Source: Tubulanus polymorphus (Eukaryota; Animalia; Nemertea). From it: 64,000 bases of DNA. The stretch is taken from contig NC_134025.1 in NCBI RefSeq assembly GCF_964204645.1, positions 14,074,001 through 14,138,000 of the forward strand, given 5' to 3'. Positions within the stretch are counted from its first letter, which is position 1. The number at the start of each line of letters is the position of its first letter. Positions 33,783 through 47,927 of the stretch are shown here, in pieces. The position numbers and the translations under genes were made by a program. The notes beneath the pieces are model-generated. The model worked only from the letters and a program-made list of their open reading frames with translations. It did not search any database and had not been told where the DNA came from.

Positions 33783-34183
33783 TTAAAGGGTAAAATCATT
33801 ACTTATTAAATGTTGAGTATCATATAATTTAACATCTAGCTGTTTACCTTTTACTCTGTTTTCTCTTATTTGTAATGGTCTAATATTTATCCAATTAAAT
33901 ATTGAATATAAATCAGATTTATATTTTATTTCTGAAATTGGTATTACATGATCAAATTCCCAATATGTTCCATAATTATCAAATTCCATATCCTTGTCAA
34001 ATTGATAATTGATCCATTTAAAAAAAAAATACCATAACAATTTAAATATAATATAAGTTCATCCATATTTCTTTTTTCATATATTATATCATTTAATATT
34101 TTACGGTGTTTATTTTTTTGATTTAAACGTGTATTTTTACTCATTATCCTATTTTTTACTCTATATGAAATATCTCTATCCAT
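33783..34183 (-). pseudogene. HNH-type endonuclease, frameshifted in a T-run (~34020-34029)
   Basis: YLNC..FF/KWINYQFDKDMEFDNYGTYWEFDHVIP..FNWINIRPL..ENRVKG; start codon lies inside the right TIR. Confidence 0.72.
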
Positions 34184-37100
34184 CCCACATAATTGACATA
34201 ATTTTGAATTACCCTTATCACTGATAAAATTTGAGCTCGACCGTTCGACCTTTGGCCTGAACCAACTAAACCCCTATTACTTTGGCCCTCATGATATGAT
34301 TTTTTAATGTGCTTGCTGTTGGTGGTATATGATTTATTTTTGCTCTCGACCTGAACTTCTGTAGCCGAATAATGCTGATGGAATTTGTGTCTGTATTTTC
34401 ATCGTAGAGGTTGGAAATGAAATTCTCTACCAGTATTGTTGACTCGGTTGGTGTTTCGTTCTCTCCAAGATTTTTCAAAAGATGGGAATGCTTCGTGAAA
34501 ACCATCCACGCTGCTCGTTTAGAAATTCCTACTAGTTGGCTGGTGGTATCACATCCGGTCACAGCATGTGGCTGCTTTAAATTATTAACTCTCTGAATCG
34601 GGATAAACTGACGTTTTCTAATAGTTTGCATTGATAGATCTGGTAAAGTGTTGCGATCGGCTATCAACAGAAGAAAAACACCAGTGTCAGGACTCTTCAC
34701 TACTATTCGCTGGTAACCTCAATTTGCAGCATGGATGGAATGGAGTACAATACGAGTGTTTGCCTCCTCATGGGTCGACTGTAAACAATCATAAGTCCCC
34801 GGTTTATTAGCTAAGACGTTGTTCCTGTCGTGTCCTGATATCACAATTGTTTTGTCACCTTCGTATCAAGCTGTTCGTATCAAGCTATGTGCTAAGAACA
34901 TAGACAGCAATTCCTTGTTTTCATTATGTGACATAAAATTCTTCCATTCACTAGCAGTCGGTAGCTTCATTTCTTTTTTTCAAATATGCTTTTGTGATTT
35001 TCGTATATCAAGTGCATTTTGATAAGGCAAGTGGGACAGGTTTGATCCGACTCCCGTAGACTATCAAGTGATTCAGACACTAAAATTTGCATTATCTGTG
35101 CCTTGTTTGCTGGTATAATGTTGCCTTCATGAGTTGATACAGATGGGGGAAATTTGGTGAATTCGTATTGTAGAACGTCTTTAATATCTACGCGACCATC
35201 AAGCAAGTGACATCTTTCTCAATATTTCACAAGAGTCGACTGGAATGTTCTTCTTTGTTCCTTGACTTTTCGTTTTACTTTCTACATATACAATTGTCTT
35301 CAAGTGAAATTTCTTTATTGCATCGTGGAAGTTTTCAGGGTGATGTAGTAATCTATTGTTGAATGAGCTTGCCAAGACTGTACCCATTTTCTTTGCACCT
35401 AATTGATCAACTTTGGTTTCTCTGCAGCAACATCGCCATAAAGGTTTACTAGCTGTTCTCTCTCATCGAATATTCCACTCTTGATTAATTCATTTCTAAT
35501 CTTTTAGACATCCTCTCTTTCTTTCAACACTCGCAGCGGCCCATTTTCCTTATGACTAGATATACACTGACTAGAAATTCCCAATATTTTCTTGGTCTGA
35601 TTTGCTAAGTGCCCACCGTTATTGTATGATAGACACCATCGATTCAACGCGGCAGTATTTTGAGTGATTCCAACTAAGCCACCAGCAACCTTCCCTATTT
35701 TGTTCACATGATCAAGTGCTCGATCATCAGGTAAACTGTTAAAATGATGTTGGTTTGTTTCTCTCGCGACAAACTTCTTTTAAGAAAAGCCTCGTAGACA
35801 GGCAATGCCGAAACTTCAACTGCTTCGTATCATTGACGAAAACAGAAGCCCAACGAGAATAATTTTGATGGTCGAAAATGTGAAACTATGGGAGCATTTC
35901 TTTGAGAGTATTGAGATACAGAAACCAACACCCATCACTTTAGCAAAATTTAGCTGAATATGGAATCCTCCCATCATAATGATGACATCTTTGAGTGTTT
36001 CCGGGTTATTCCATTGCAGCTTCATCAAATGTTATGTGTGTTGCTGGTCTAGATGCTTGGATACAGCCATGCAGTTGTTTATTACTGTCCATATGGAGTC
36101 ATTCTCATGTTCCGGGTTGTTCAGAATTGGGTGGTGACTGATTGTTGCAAACATTTTATCATGGTTGTCTTTTTCCTTCAGCAGTACTTCATTAAAACCA
36201 CCCCAACCAAAAACTGTCCTGCACAAAACGTCGAAACTAGGAAAACGATTTTAGCAAGAATATCAACTTGACTAGTAGGCCTAGCAAACAGCCAATACTC
36301 GATTACCCCAAGAAGCTTCAAAAGGGGGTTTCTTTAAAGGCAAATAATATTTAATTCCAAGTTAACTCTAACACACAACTGTTGAACCGGGCCGTTTAAG
36401 GTACACCTCTCTTCGAATCAGCTATATTCAGGACTGGGTGTTCAAAATCATATGTCAATTTTGCAAATATATAGTTAATATTAAGACATACGTTTAGAAG
36501 AAAGAAGATCCTTGCTTTTACCGGAGGCTTACCACTATTTCATATTAACAAAAATATCGCAAAAATTGAAGTACTTAACTCTATCGCTTAACATGAGTAG
36601 GTGTGGTTAACACAGCAACTTGTGGAAAATGATGAATATCAAGATCAGTTCGTAACTTTTGTCCGTTTTAATTGTTAAATTTAACCGTAGTAACGAAATT
36701 GATGTTGCATTACTACAGTCAACATCTGGACAAGCTGGACAGCTTGATGAAATGTATATATTCAAATAAATTTTGTATTTTTTTTAGTTTCATTTTTCAT
36801 TTCCATCTAAATGATGAAACTAAACTGATGAAATGATACAACGAAAAACTTTCATAACGATATCATTATAATTAACATAATATGATTATATATGTTAAAT
36901 AAACTATTCAAAATCCAAATAGCTCTCTTTACTATAGCAGTCGACATCCAGCTTTAGATATTCATTGATATATTGCCTCAACCACTGCTTCATTTTCACA
37001 ATAGGGCAGTTCAAACATGGTTTGAAGGCATTTTCTGGGTAAAATGATATAGTAAGAGCTCTGATATGTATCAAATCGAAAAGAGAAGCTTCGAAAACAT

Positions 37101-40100
37101 GGGAATTGATACGAAATTTGAATTTAACGCCGTGTGTGAGCTGGGAAATGAATAATTATGATCCAAATAGCACAGTTATGTATTTCTGTTACTGTACGTT
37201 GTCATGGAAATGATACGTTCCATTGTTGTCAACTACGCATATTTTTAAAGGTGGGTTCTTCATGCATTGAAAATTGATATTTCACGAGCCCTAGTTTTGC
37301 ATGCAAGAAATATTCAATACGGAAGAACCGAGAAAAAAAACCTATTTTGAGGAAATAGCGTTTCATCATCCCAATTCCTTCATTATATCAACGAATCTTG
37401 CCGAGATATTTCCAGATATCAACCTTTAATATGCAATGTTCCCTAATAAAAAGTACATGAGCATGATCCCAATGAATTTCTGAAAATACGTTATAATTTG
37501 AAAATGTGTATTTTTAACAAAAATTCCCCTATAGTGACCACTCGGGGGCGCTGGCTATCAGGTACCGAGATTGTCAGGTTGGCAACAATGGTTTTTGAAG
37601 AGCCCAGATACTCTAACAAGAGAAAGTAAGCGTTGCCAAAAATTAACATGAAGTGTTAAGTCAAACGGGTTTGGCTCCCTGACTAATAACTAAATGAACA
37701 TTATTTTTTTAATAACTTAGATCAAGAGTGACTCTCCCGTTTATTAGGAAACACACGCAACTAGTGGAATAGGTTTAATATTCAAACACATGTTGCAAGT
37801 ATAAATTGTTTATCAGTATAGAATTTGTAATCCATAAAAGACAAAATCAACATCAGCTGGAAACCCAGACCAAATCAATTCATTATTCATTGATTCATAT
37901 CTGTAAATTTACTCGATCTATCGAATCAGCAGGTGCTTAAGATGAGTTCTTAATAGGACAGATCCATTTTTTAAGCGTGGTGATAATACAGTATCATGAT
38001 GTTTGAATGCCAAAATAAATGCCTGGTCGAATAAATTCATATATCTGTTGATTGTACCTATGTTCGGTTTCAAAGCTGGACCACATTTGGCGTTTACACA
38101 GTGGTTGAATATTAGGTTCTGTCAATGCATTTTATTCTATGTATCGGTATTTCAATTTACTACAATTCCCATCAACCTGAATGGCTTTGCAGAAAACCCG
38201 TCATCGCTGCTTTGCAGCTATATTTCTTACATTATTTTATTCATTTCATCAACTCACAGCGACAAGATAATACATTCGTGTCTGCTATGTATGTATATTA
38301 CGTTTGTATACACGCAGTCAGCATTCAGTGATAATAACAGCACTCCCATACATTGGCGGCGCGAGCGCGTGTTAGCCTCGTACATCAGACATACTAATCG
38401 GCAAAATTTAATGAAATCCATGTCAGAATTAAAGAAAACTGCCTTCTCGAAAGCGATTTCCGTATATAAGCGACTAAACTTGTCGAACTGATCACTTCAA
38501 CACTGTGACTAGTAGCAACCAATCATGGCGTGGTTCCCCATAATTAGGCCAAAAGCGCTGGCATTCCCAAAAACAACCAATCAGAGCGTGGGCTTTCCGT
38601 AATCATGTCAGCGCGCTCGACAAAGCGGTGCCGTGCCGTCAATATGTGCCATAGTGTAGCTATAACCATTCAAAGAATCCTGTCAATTTTTTAAATTCAC
38701 TACGTGAACCGACCACAAACACTATCAATCTGAAATTCTCGACACAATATGTATATTCATACGTATATTTATTCATGATTAGTTGATAATTTAATTCATT
38801 ATGAGATACATCATATGATTCATAAAATAACCTCAACTGATAATCCATAAAATCTTCAAAGAAATACCACCATATAACATTATTTCATGTCTCAATCCAC
38901 AACATATTTGTACACTTCAATACATGGTTCTTGAAATTCACAAAAAAATATCTTTTTTCCAGTAAAATTACCTAAACCCAATGCTATTCAGCTTCGAAAT
39001 ACAACCATTTCTTAAACACTGATTATAGCAGTGTTGTTACTAAAAGGATCCACAGAACCAGGGTTTTCATGACTTCATAGCTGACTAGCAACTCATTGTA
39101 TCATCCGTTTTTTGCGTGTAACTCTGCCATGTTATTATGTAGATATTACAACATCTGCTGTGAGTACATATACATAGGTATAGTATGCTAAGCAGCTAAA
39201 TTTAAATTAGTTCATACAACTGCCACGAGGGAATGGTAAAACACAGTATCACCTATATTCTCGAAGTTATTTTCCTAAACTTGGTAGATTACTTCTTTGC
39301 ACTTAGTAGCCATGGGTCAACATATCCATGATATGGGTTGACCCATGATACAAGCTGACCCCTATGCGGCGCTCCTTCACAAAATGCGGTACTCCGGTAC
39401 GTAATGACTGATTTCAGTGAAATCTTTTGCAACCAATACGACATTTAACCCAGCAAGGCAGAAACCCGTTATCGCTGCATTGCAGCTATATTGTATTTGA
39501 TCTTTTTTCAAAGAATTATTTCTTAGTCAAATAAGGCCAAAAATATACCTTAGTTTTATATACCTTTGTTTATGAAATAAGGCCAAAAGTATACCTTCGT
39601 TTTACCCACCAACAGAGGATGGCTGAATATTGAAAGACTTGGCAACCTCTTCAAATGTAGCTACAGAAGCTAACATACCATAAAAAACAGCTGTGGATTA
39701 TCTTAAACCTCAGATTTTACCACTAAGATAAAAACTGGGCGGGCGGAATGTTGAAATGTTTTCTTGTCTTTTTCCATTATATTGGGGTTGAGCTTACCAG
39801 TATTAGAGGTCACGAGTTTGCTTACTAAGTTCATATGTTATCTCACGGCTGGTGAGCCGTGACACGAAAACAATCAATGTGTGTTGGATTAATATGTTTG
39901 ACAAAATATTACCCCGCTAAATGTGGTGTTGTGGTGTATAAAATTGGACACAGGCACCCAAGATCTGTCTGCCTTGGTCCTTCGTGTCAATCAGTCAGGA
40001 TATTTAAGGCATGTTAAAAACTATAAGACATTTTGACAATGTTTTCATTCAGTGTTTTCATTCAGTGAGAGTACATGTAGTAATGATTCCTCGGTTCTGG

Positions 40101-40455
40101 TGTGAGTGAATGTCCACAACCTCTGACAAGACACACTTTACTCTTAAAGCTGGGTATCTTAGCTTTAAAATAAATTGCCCATGGGCAAAGTGTGGTTTAC
40201 CTTGAAAGCTAGAGGTTGTTTGGAGTAAGGGCATTGCTTGAAAAATCTTTTTAATTCGTGACTTCAAAGATCCACAGTTTATATTGTATTTTATCTTTCC
40301 TAAAGAATTATTTTGTAGTCAAATAAGACCAAAGATATACATTTGTTTGCGGTCCACGTCTAAAAGTTTGAAGGGTACAGGTAGGCACGGCAGGGAAACT
40401 ATTTTATATTTTCAAAAAAATATGTTTAATATAATATGAAAAAATATTCAAATAA

Positions 40456-41023
40456 GGCCATCCCAAAATAATTGTCTGTTTGCTGCAACACCGACTCAAC
40501 TTTTCAGGATGAGTCGGTAGGTAGGTAGAATTTTTTTTTTGCAAAATTTTTGGGCAAAAAAAAAACAAATTTTTCACCTTTGGGCTTTTTTACATGGAAA
40601 CAATATCGCAAAAAATCATCTACGTTGCGCACAGGAAATTTGTCTAATAGCGTAGATTTCAAGAATTATTCTAAAATTATAACTTCGTCCAGAGCGTCAT
40701 CTCTGTCTTAAAAATGAAACGGTACATTGAATATGTGCGCGCTTTCACGTTACCAGCTATTCAGTCACTTTAGTCACTATTAGAATGAATGGCAGCTTAT
40801 TGGAACACTGCCAGTTTCCTGGAAACTTAAACTAGGCCACATGTCAAGGCATGTTTTCACACCATGCACACTAGAATTCAAACATACGTAGCTCATAGTC
40901 GGTCGGCTGTTTTTATCAAAAATAAAATTTATTTCAATGAATCCTAGAAAAAAGTTTTCACTCGGTACCTCTGAAGTCAGGTTGGTCGGGTTACGGCAAA
41001 CAGACCATTATTTTGGGATGGCC
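40456..41023. mobile_element. MITE, PIF/Harbinger-like (TAA TSD)
   Basis: GGCCATCCCAAAATAAT..TCTGTTTGC TIRs flanked by TAA; partial copies at 57690-57965 and 60425-60495. Confidence 0.7.
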
Positions 41024-41347
41024 TAAAATTCATCACATATCAGAGGGTGGCTGAATATTGGGTCTTGGAAACCTCTTCCAATGTTGGCCACGGAAGCTAA
41101 AATATCGGTGGTACAGAAGAAATCGGCTATTAGATCGTTTTAAGTCCTGGAATTTACCACTACAATATTCAGACCTCGACAGACCTTTTAGTTTGCTGCT
41201 TAGTATTTTCAGGTCACAAGAAATTACAATTTATTACAAATTCTATCGAACAGAAAACACAGCGCTCATCTTCTGCTATGATTATTCAGCCTATTTTCAT
41301 ATCAAACGTTCACGCGTTACAGCATCACCGTAGTGTACTGTACGAGC

Positions 41348-41348
<1 letters not shown>

Positions 41349-41386
<38 letters not shown>
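41349..41386 (+). repeat. (TG)n microsatellite
   Basis: Pure TG run. Confidence 0.97.
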
Positions 41387-41387
<1 letters not shown>

Positions 41388-43300
41388 TGTAGCACTCCGC
41401 GTGCATGTGGAGGCCTCGTGTAAGTGAATATTCGCTTACACCTCAATGTCAATCAAAACAATCACCGGGTATTAAAATGAAACAATACCTATGGCAGATG
41501 AGTGAAATAATTACATCCTCACCAACAATGAGCATTTGAAATCGGCACGTATACGGCACCTAGTCCAATGAAACGTACACCATTCTATGGCTTTCCCATA
41601 ATTTTAGTAGCGCCGGAATTCCCCGTATATCCAAAAAACAATCCCATTTGTTCGTAGAGACAACGCCCCCCCAATCGAGGTCATTGCAATTTTATACGCG
41701 AGAGCTAAGAATTTTCCCGCCAAAAACAGTTTTTCGTAGAATTTTAACTCAGTTGACCATGTCATCGACGGAGGTTCGCCATGTCTTCAATCGCATCGAT
41801 TATACGTCTTTTAAGCCGAGAACCAATGAAACAAATGCTCACATAAAAAAACGTACCGCGATTTTACATGAATTGGCTCAATGCCAACATCATATCGCTG
41901 ACAAAGGTAAACCAAAAACAGAGACGTTGCTTCCAAATATTTTTATCAATAATAATAAATAAATAAAAATGTTGCATGCCAGGTCAAAATATCCAGCAAG
42001 AGCTCCATGGGGCTTGACGCGGCAGCTTCACAAATTATAAATGACCTGTCCTTTAATCAATTTCATATTTCAAAAATGCTAGAAGGGCATATCTAGGAAC
42101 AGATCCACGGATGATTGAACATTGAAAAGGGCAAGTTAAGTATCCATGCAGACAAAACAAGGGTTTAAAAATATGAAATTTCAGTGCAATTTTATACAAA
42201 TCCTAGGTACTGAGATGAAGCAGTTTTATTAAATGTTGGTGAAAAAGTGCCCAGAAAAATATTGCTGTATTTCAAAACGGCATGGGAAATTATATTGCAA
42301 CAGCAGCACCTGCTCGCTGTGTTCTCGTCTGAATCTGCCAACGAGGTCTTTATTAGATCATTTCCATGACTCTTTGCAGAAACTTCGGAAAGATAGGAAA
42401 TACCTTAAAGAGTGATGGAAACACATCATGTTCAGGGGGTTCGTGCAATTAATAGTTAAGAAAGTAAACTTTAATAGATGAACCAAGTAAACTTTATGAA
42501 AACCAGTCAAATGAAACTATGTCAGCATTATACACACGTAATAATCACACAAAACAACTCGAGTCATCATGAATATAAAAGTGGTAGTGGGTTTTTTCCA
42601 ATGACTCAAATAGACATGCCCAGTGCAGCATAAACCGCTAATGCCGAATGATTTCATTTACGTATAACATACACTGTGTATGAAATAAGAATGAAGTTTG
42701 TTAGACAATTTATTGTTATGAATTGAACAATCATCAAGATTCACTGCCCTTTTTAGATTTTAACATATTTTGTTTATTTATCCAATCAGCGCGCATTAAA
42801 AATATTCAAAAGGCGCACATTGGCGGGGGCTTCCTCCAACACACTTCACTGAGGTTCACATGCGGAGAAAATAGGTTGCCTCAATATTTCCTAAATTGAC
42901 GAATTTGTTCACTTTCAAATGTGAAACATGTGCCATTTTTCCATATGTATTGGCCAACTTCCCAATCTTCTCTTCCGATGGGCCCGTTAGACACCTATTC
43001 ATTGATCACAGGTGTGTCGACATGCACATGTTACAGGATAAAAGCCACTGGCGGCGAAAAGACTGCTTTTTTGGCTAATTTTGAGAATTGCATGAACTCG
43101 GCTAATAAATCAATGTTATCGACATCGGGCAAAACTTTTGTCGTAAGATTTCAAGGACCGCTAGTTAAAGATGGTAATGTGTGTTTGAAACTAAACTTCT
43201 TTCAGCTACCTTAACAGCGAAATTTCGCTGATAGCATTTTATTTTGGTGCAAAGCCATCGCAATAGACAGCCCCGATAAAAATTCATAAAAAATTAGATA

Positions 43301-44350
43301 AAAACTAGGGGTCCAGGGACACCATGCCCATTTGGGAAGTAGTTTCCAATGCTCAACAATCTAACGATTACAATGCATCCTGATGACCATATGCAAAACC
43401 CAATGACCTTGAAACTCACCACAATCATAGAACATGTCATGAACTACTTGCAAAACCAATTGATCATGGTAACAAAATATGTATAGGTCCCAATCTAATA
43501 AAGAAATACTAAGTTATTCTACTATTCAACGCCCACTTGTGACCCATATAGAATGACTAATGTCCTTAAAACTCACTTCATTCATAGACGATGTCTTGAG
43601 CTATAACTTTGCAATTAATTGTGGTAACAAAATATGCATAGTTACAAATATAATATAGCAATACTAAGTTATAGTATTATTCAACGCCCTCTGGTGGCCA
43701 TATACATAAACCAATGACCTTGAAACTCACCAATATCATAGAACACGTTATGAGCTACAACTTTCCAATTGATTGTGGTAACAGAATATGCTTAGGTATC
43801 AATATAATGTGGAAAAACTTTTTCACACCTACGAATGAGTACTGATGACACCAAGATGGCCGCCAATTGCATCATAATTGGCTGATAAAAATACTTGTCT
43901 CAGGTATAAAACATGCCTTTCCAAAGAATACCCATCACAAATTGCAATGAGAAATAGCAAACCAGTAGGAAGCTACAGGACTCAGAATTCGGGCCAAAAT
44001 TGACATTTTTGGGCACTAAAAAGGTCATAGGACGGCCATCTTGAGTCCGATCGACCCAATTTTTCTTATGCTGATGGGCCCTTGGTGAATTCAAATAATA
44101 CATGAAAGATCAAGGTAATTCATCAACGAATCTTCAAAATTTCCCTCAAAAAGTTCAAAAATGTGTGAAAAGTGCTGATTTCGGCGAATTTTTGGGCCAG
44201 TTTTTGGGCCAAAGATGTGTTCAGGGTATATATGTGTGTAACCGAAATATCAAGACATTACATTGAAGCCTCTTCAAAACTTCCCAAAAGTAACTGACGA
44301 AAAGTGAACGCAATAGCCCGCTGAGACTAAAGTCCCAAGTGGGTTAAAAA
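43301..44350. mobile_element. HINE/Helentron-like non-autonomous element with an internal ~156-bp tandem repeat (3 copies)
   Basis: aatgaccttgaaactcacc..tcatagaa..tggtaacaaaatatg units at ~43400, 43556, 43712; terminal hairpin followed by an A-run at ~44316-44350. Confidence 0.55.
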
Positions 44351-44483
44351 TGAATATCCAGGAAGAAAGACACTCTAAATATTTGGATGGATATATGAAA
44401 GCTGTGGGTACTGGAGTGTGTAATGGGTAGTGTAGTGTGATCTGTGTGCATTTGTGGCCAGCACACAGATCACATTGTTCAAT

Positions 44484-45114
44484 GGGGTTTGGTCCAGGAC
44501 TCGCGAGATTTTCAACAACACGGAAGTAACGTGTAATAAATGATGACTTGAATTGCATGACTACCTACCACCCCTCATTATTGTTGGAAAACTAAACGTT
44601 CGGCACTGACTAAAAATTAATAATAACATTTTAGAAATGGCCAGAATTTTAACTTAGGTTCTATCTCATTTTTATTTTACAATTGCGATTGGTATAATTT
44701 TATGTTTTTCAGTGTTTTTGGCAGCTGTACACTCAATCGGCACCGTTCGTGACTAGCTTCACTGCGGAATTATCATTAATTAACATCGCCATATCACATC
44801 ATCAACTTATATTGTGCCTTAAAACCCTAACAGCCGAAATAATTGAAATGCACACACGATTTCTATCATTGAAAATTGAGTGGCCATGTTTGTGTTTGCT
44901 GCTTCGCGTAAATCCCGCGCGTATCGGCCCCACTCCGCGCGGTTGCGCCACCGCGTAGGATTTACGCAAAGCAGTTATTACTAATTTTTAGTCAGTGCTG
45001 AACGTTTAGTTTTCCAACAATGAGGGGTGGTAGGTAGTCATGCAATTCAAGTCATCATTAATTACACGTTACTTCCATGTTGTTGAAAATCTCGCGAGTC
45101 CTGGACCAAACCCC
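44484..45114. mobile_element. MITE with ~145-bp TIRs, AT-flanked
   Basis: GGGGTTTGGTCCAGGACTCGCGAG...CTCGCGAGTCCTGGACCAAACCCC; internal GC hairpin at 44899-44973. Confidence 0.8.
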
Positions 45115-47927
45115 ATTGATTCAATTTCAATTAATTTTATTTTATCCATTAAAAGTAATTAATTTCCGGTTTACAACTATGCCCTAGTATCGCCACCTAC
45201 AGATATTTTTATGCAACGATGCCTTTTTTACGAAAACACGAGTTTATCTTTCTGATAAACAGCGCCACCTACTGACATTATCACGCATTGATGTCATTTT
45301 CACGAACACAGGAAGTTTGTCTTTTTGGCGGGGATGGCCGCCCATAATTATCCAACGCTTGTTTCATGCAATTATGATTATGCATTATGCATTCTTATCT
45401 ACCCCTGGATAAACGAACTGCTGTATTTATTTTTGTAACTGGACCAAAAGTCGAGAAATCAAAAAGATGAGACAACTTCTCTACAAAAAGGTGTGTGTTT
45501 GCAGGAGGGGTTCATAAAAATTTTAATGTTTAACTGCCGACTACAATATCTAATGATAGGGAGCCTATACAGCATATTGTTTGGCCAAACATAAGATGAT
45601 ATGGTACAGATTATGTGGTACTGTCTGCCCGCTTTGTCTTGAGTACATTCCTTCAAGAAAACCCTACTGCAGATTACAGCGGTTGCTATTTGAAAGACCA
45701 ATGTATAATGCACACCACAGCAATGACTGGCTAGTGTATTAGATGCATTTGATAAAAAGTGATTATACCAGTAACGGGGTAAGCTTGCTTTATTGCGTAA
45801 CAGTTCGAATGGACTGTTTGCTATAACAAGATTTTAGATGGCTCTACTATCAATTGCTATTGAAATCTGAAAAGCTCTAGTACTAAAAGGGTAGCGAAGC
45901 GTGGTAATCGAAAGGTGCAGTGCAGAAAAGTTAGTTATCTGCTGATATAAAGTGCCCAATTCAGTTCTTTTAATGTGCATGCCCGATTTTTCTGGCCCAT
46001 TCAAAGGGATGAGGAAAATATCCAGCAAGTTGGATGTAGGAAAAAATTCTCTCATTAGCGGAGCAAATGCTAAATTCATGAGAAAATGGTAGTTACATCA
46101 TGGAAACAAGAAACAAAATTCTTAATATTATGGACTTTCCTAAATTTACATGAGTGTATGTTCAGCATCAAAATTAAACATTGGTAGTCTAGATTAGAGA
46201 TTATAAGCAGAACAAATGAAAAATAGTGAAAACTATTGGATTGAATTCAATTGACTTTTTACAGACAATTAGATCGAAATTAGGACGGAAAACATCAAGG
46301 AAAAAATGCCTTTTTTTTCGAATTATGAATGGAACCGCATAGGCCTACTTATCCTTGGCATGAAGTTTTAGGCAGAATTTCAGAGAATCCGTGCTCCAAG
46401 TAATCAAAAAAGCCTGAGATGTCCCCCTTGATTGAATCCAGAAGTTTTCATGGAAATCTGTCTATTGATCCGATCTCCATCACACACAACTGCATGACGA
46501 TTCGAATATATATGATAGCGGGTTTTCCCCACTGACTCGAATAGACACTCTCCTCGTTCACGGTGCGACGATTTCTATACACTGTGTACGAAGTTTGCTA
46601 GACAATTTATTTTCGTAAATTGAACAATTTCCAAGTTCCCAATTATACTGCCCTTCTATAATATTCACTGCTTTCCACGGCCGGCCGCTACGAACTCTGG
46701 CAGTTGAATCATTTGCAGTTTCCAAGAAAACTTTAACTATAGCACATATAGCAGCGTGTAGATGTGTCAGGCACGTGTGTAAAGCATGAATGTACGTAAA
46801 AGGGCATGTGTTCTTCCGAAACGAAATGTAGTTCCAACAACAAATAAATAACTAAATTGTTAAATAAGCAACGGATTCCGATGAAATTCAATAGGGTTAG
46901 AGCTTTTATTACTGCATTGAATGTTTTAAAAATTCCGGAGAGAAACTAAGCCTCGTTCGGAAGTTATTTTGTACCAAAGGAAGAAAGTTTCATTTGCGAT
47001 AACAAAATGGACTTCGCTAGTGCGAAAGTCCATAAAAATGTCTACAGCAGCCAATAAACTGTACGTATTTGCCAAGTACCTCACTGTAGTAGTCATGTCC
47101 TGATCACTTTCCTGGTAATACTTTTCTCAAAGCACCAGAAAGTCTCGACATTCTTATGTTCCTTGTTTAGGGTCAATAAGCCGGCTGGCAATCATTTTGA
47201 TAAACTGGCGTACAGTACCAAATCAGCGGAACTGTCCCTGATTAAGTTTTATTGCTCATATATCTTTGTTCTGTATTTTCATTTAATTCAATCTGTCATC
47301 TTACACTTGAGAAATCCCAAATGAGATATCAGCTTGATTTTCCAGATATTTCAAATTTCTGAAACACTATGTAGTATGAACTGTATCAATGAAGTGTACG
47401 TGTATTACAGGACTGAGTTACTTAAAACATTAGTCCAAATACCGCGATAATACAGAACAAAATGAACTGCATTAGTTTTGAAATAATTATACAGACATAC
47501 CTCGATTTAAAGCCACCCTTGGTGATTTCCGATTTTGGCAGTAAATAAGGAATCCAGGTAATAATGCCAGAGGCAAAAATGCCATAGGTAATAATGCCAG
47601 AAGTAAAAATGCCAGAGGAAAAATCATACCATAGGTAAAAATGCCTGAGGTAAAAATGCCAGAAGGAAATATGAGGAAAATTAAGCGAAGAATTTATCAA
47701 CATTGGACCTGATATTCTAATTTATACTAGATTTTACGTGATGAATGCACAGTTTAGATATACATAACATATTCCTATGATAATACAACTTAGAAAATGA
47801 ATGACAAATTTATAAAATAAAGAGAATCACAAATCTATAAAATAAAGTCTGACATAAGCAAGAAATTCATTAAAATTATTATTGATATTCTTATTTTGAG
47901 ATTCTGGAAAATCTTAAGATCTTTTAG

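Larger units (their letters stand above)
32088..34281. mobile_element. Non-autonomous mini-Polinton-like element, 2194 bp, 223-bp TIRs, 6-bp TSD TTGGCC
   Basis: TIRs 32088-32310 and 34059-34281, AGT...ACT ends, TSD at 32082-32087 and 34282-34287, terminal motif shared with 11604-11649. Confidence 0.9.
31816..36300 (-). pseudogene. Academ transposase-XPG-like nuclease-Cys-rich (CXC) gene, decayed and split by the 2.2-kb insertion
   Basis: MGGFHI, NKIGKVAGGLVGITQN..LNRW, HEEANTR, HAVTGCDTTS, HIMRA|NYQCYIWK, GCGC..CGSRRCSC..C..CKC..CCN. Confidence 0.75.
30884..37141 (-). mobile_element. Academ (AcademX-like) DNA transposon with ~400-bp TIRs
   Basis: TIRs ~30884-31289 and ~36742-37141; exact termini and TSD not resolved. 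Confidence 0.75.
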
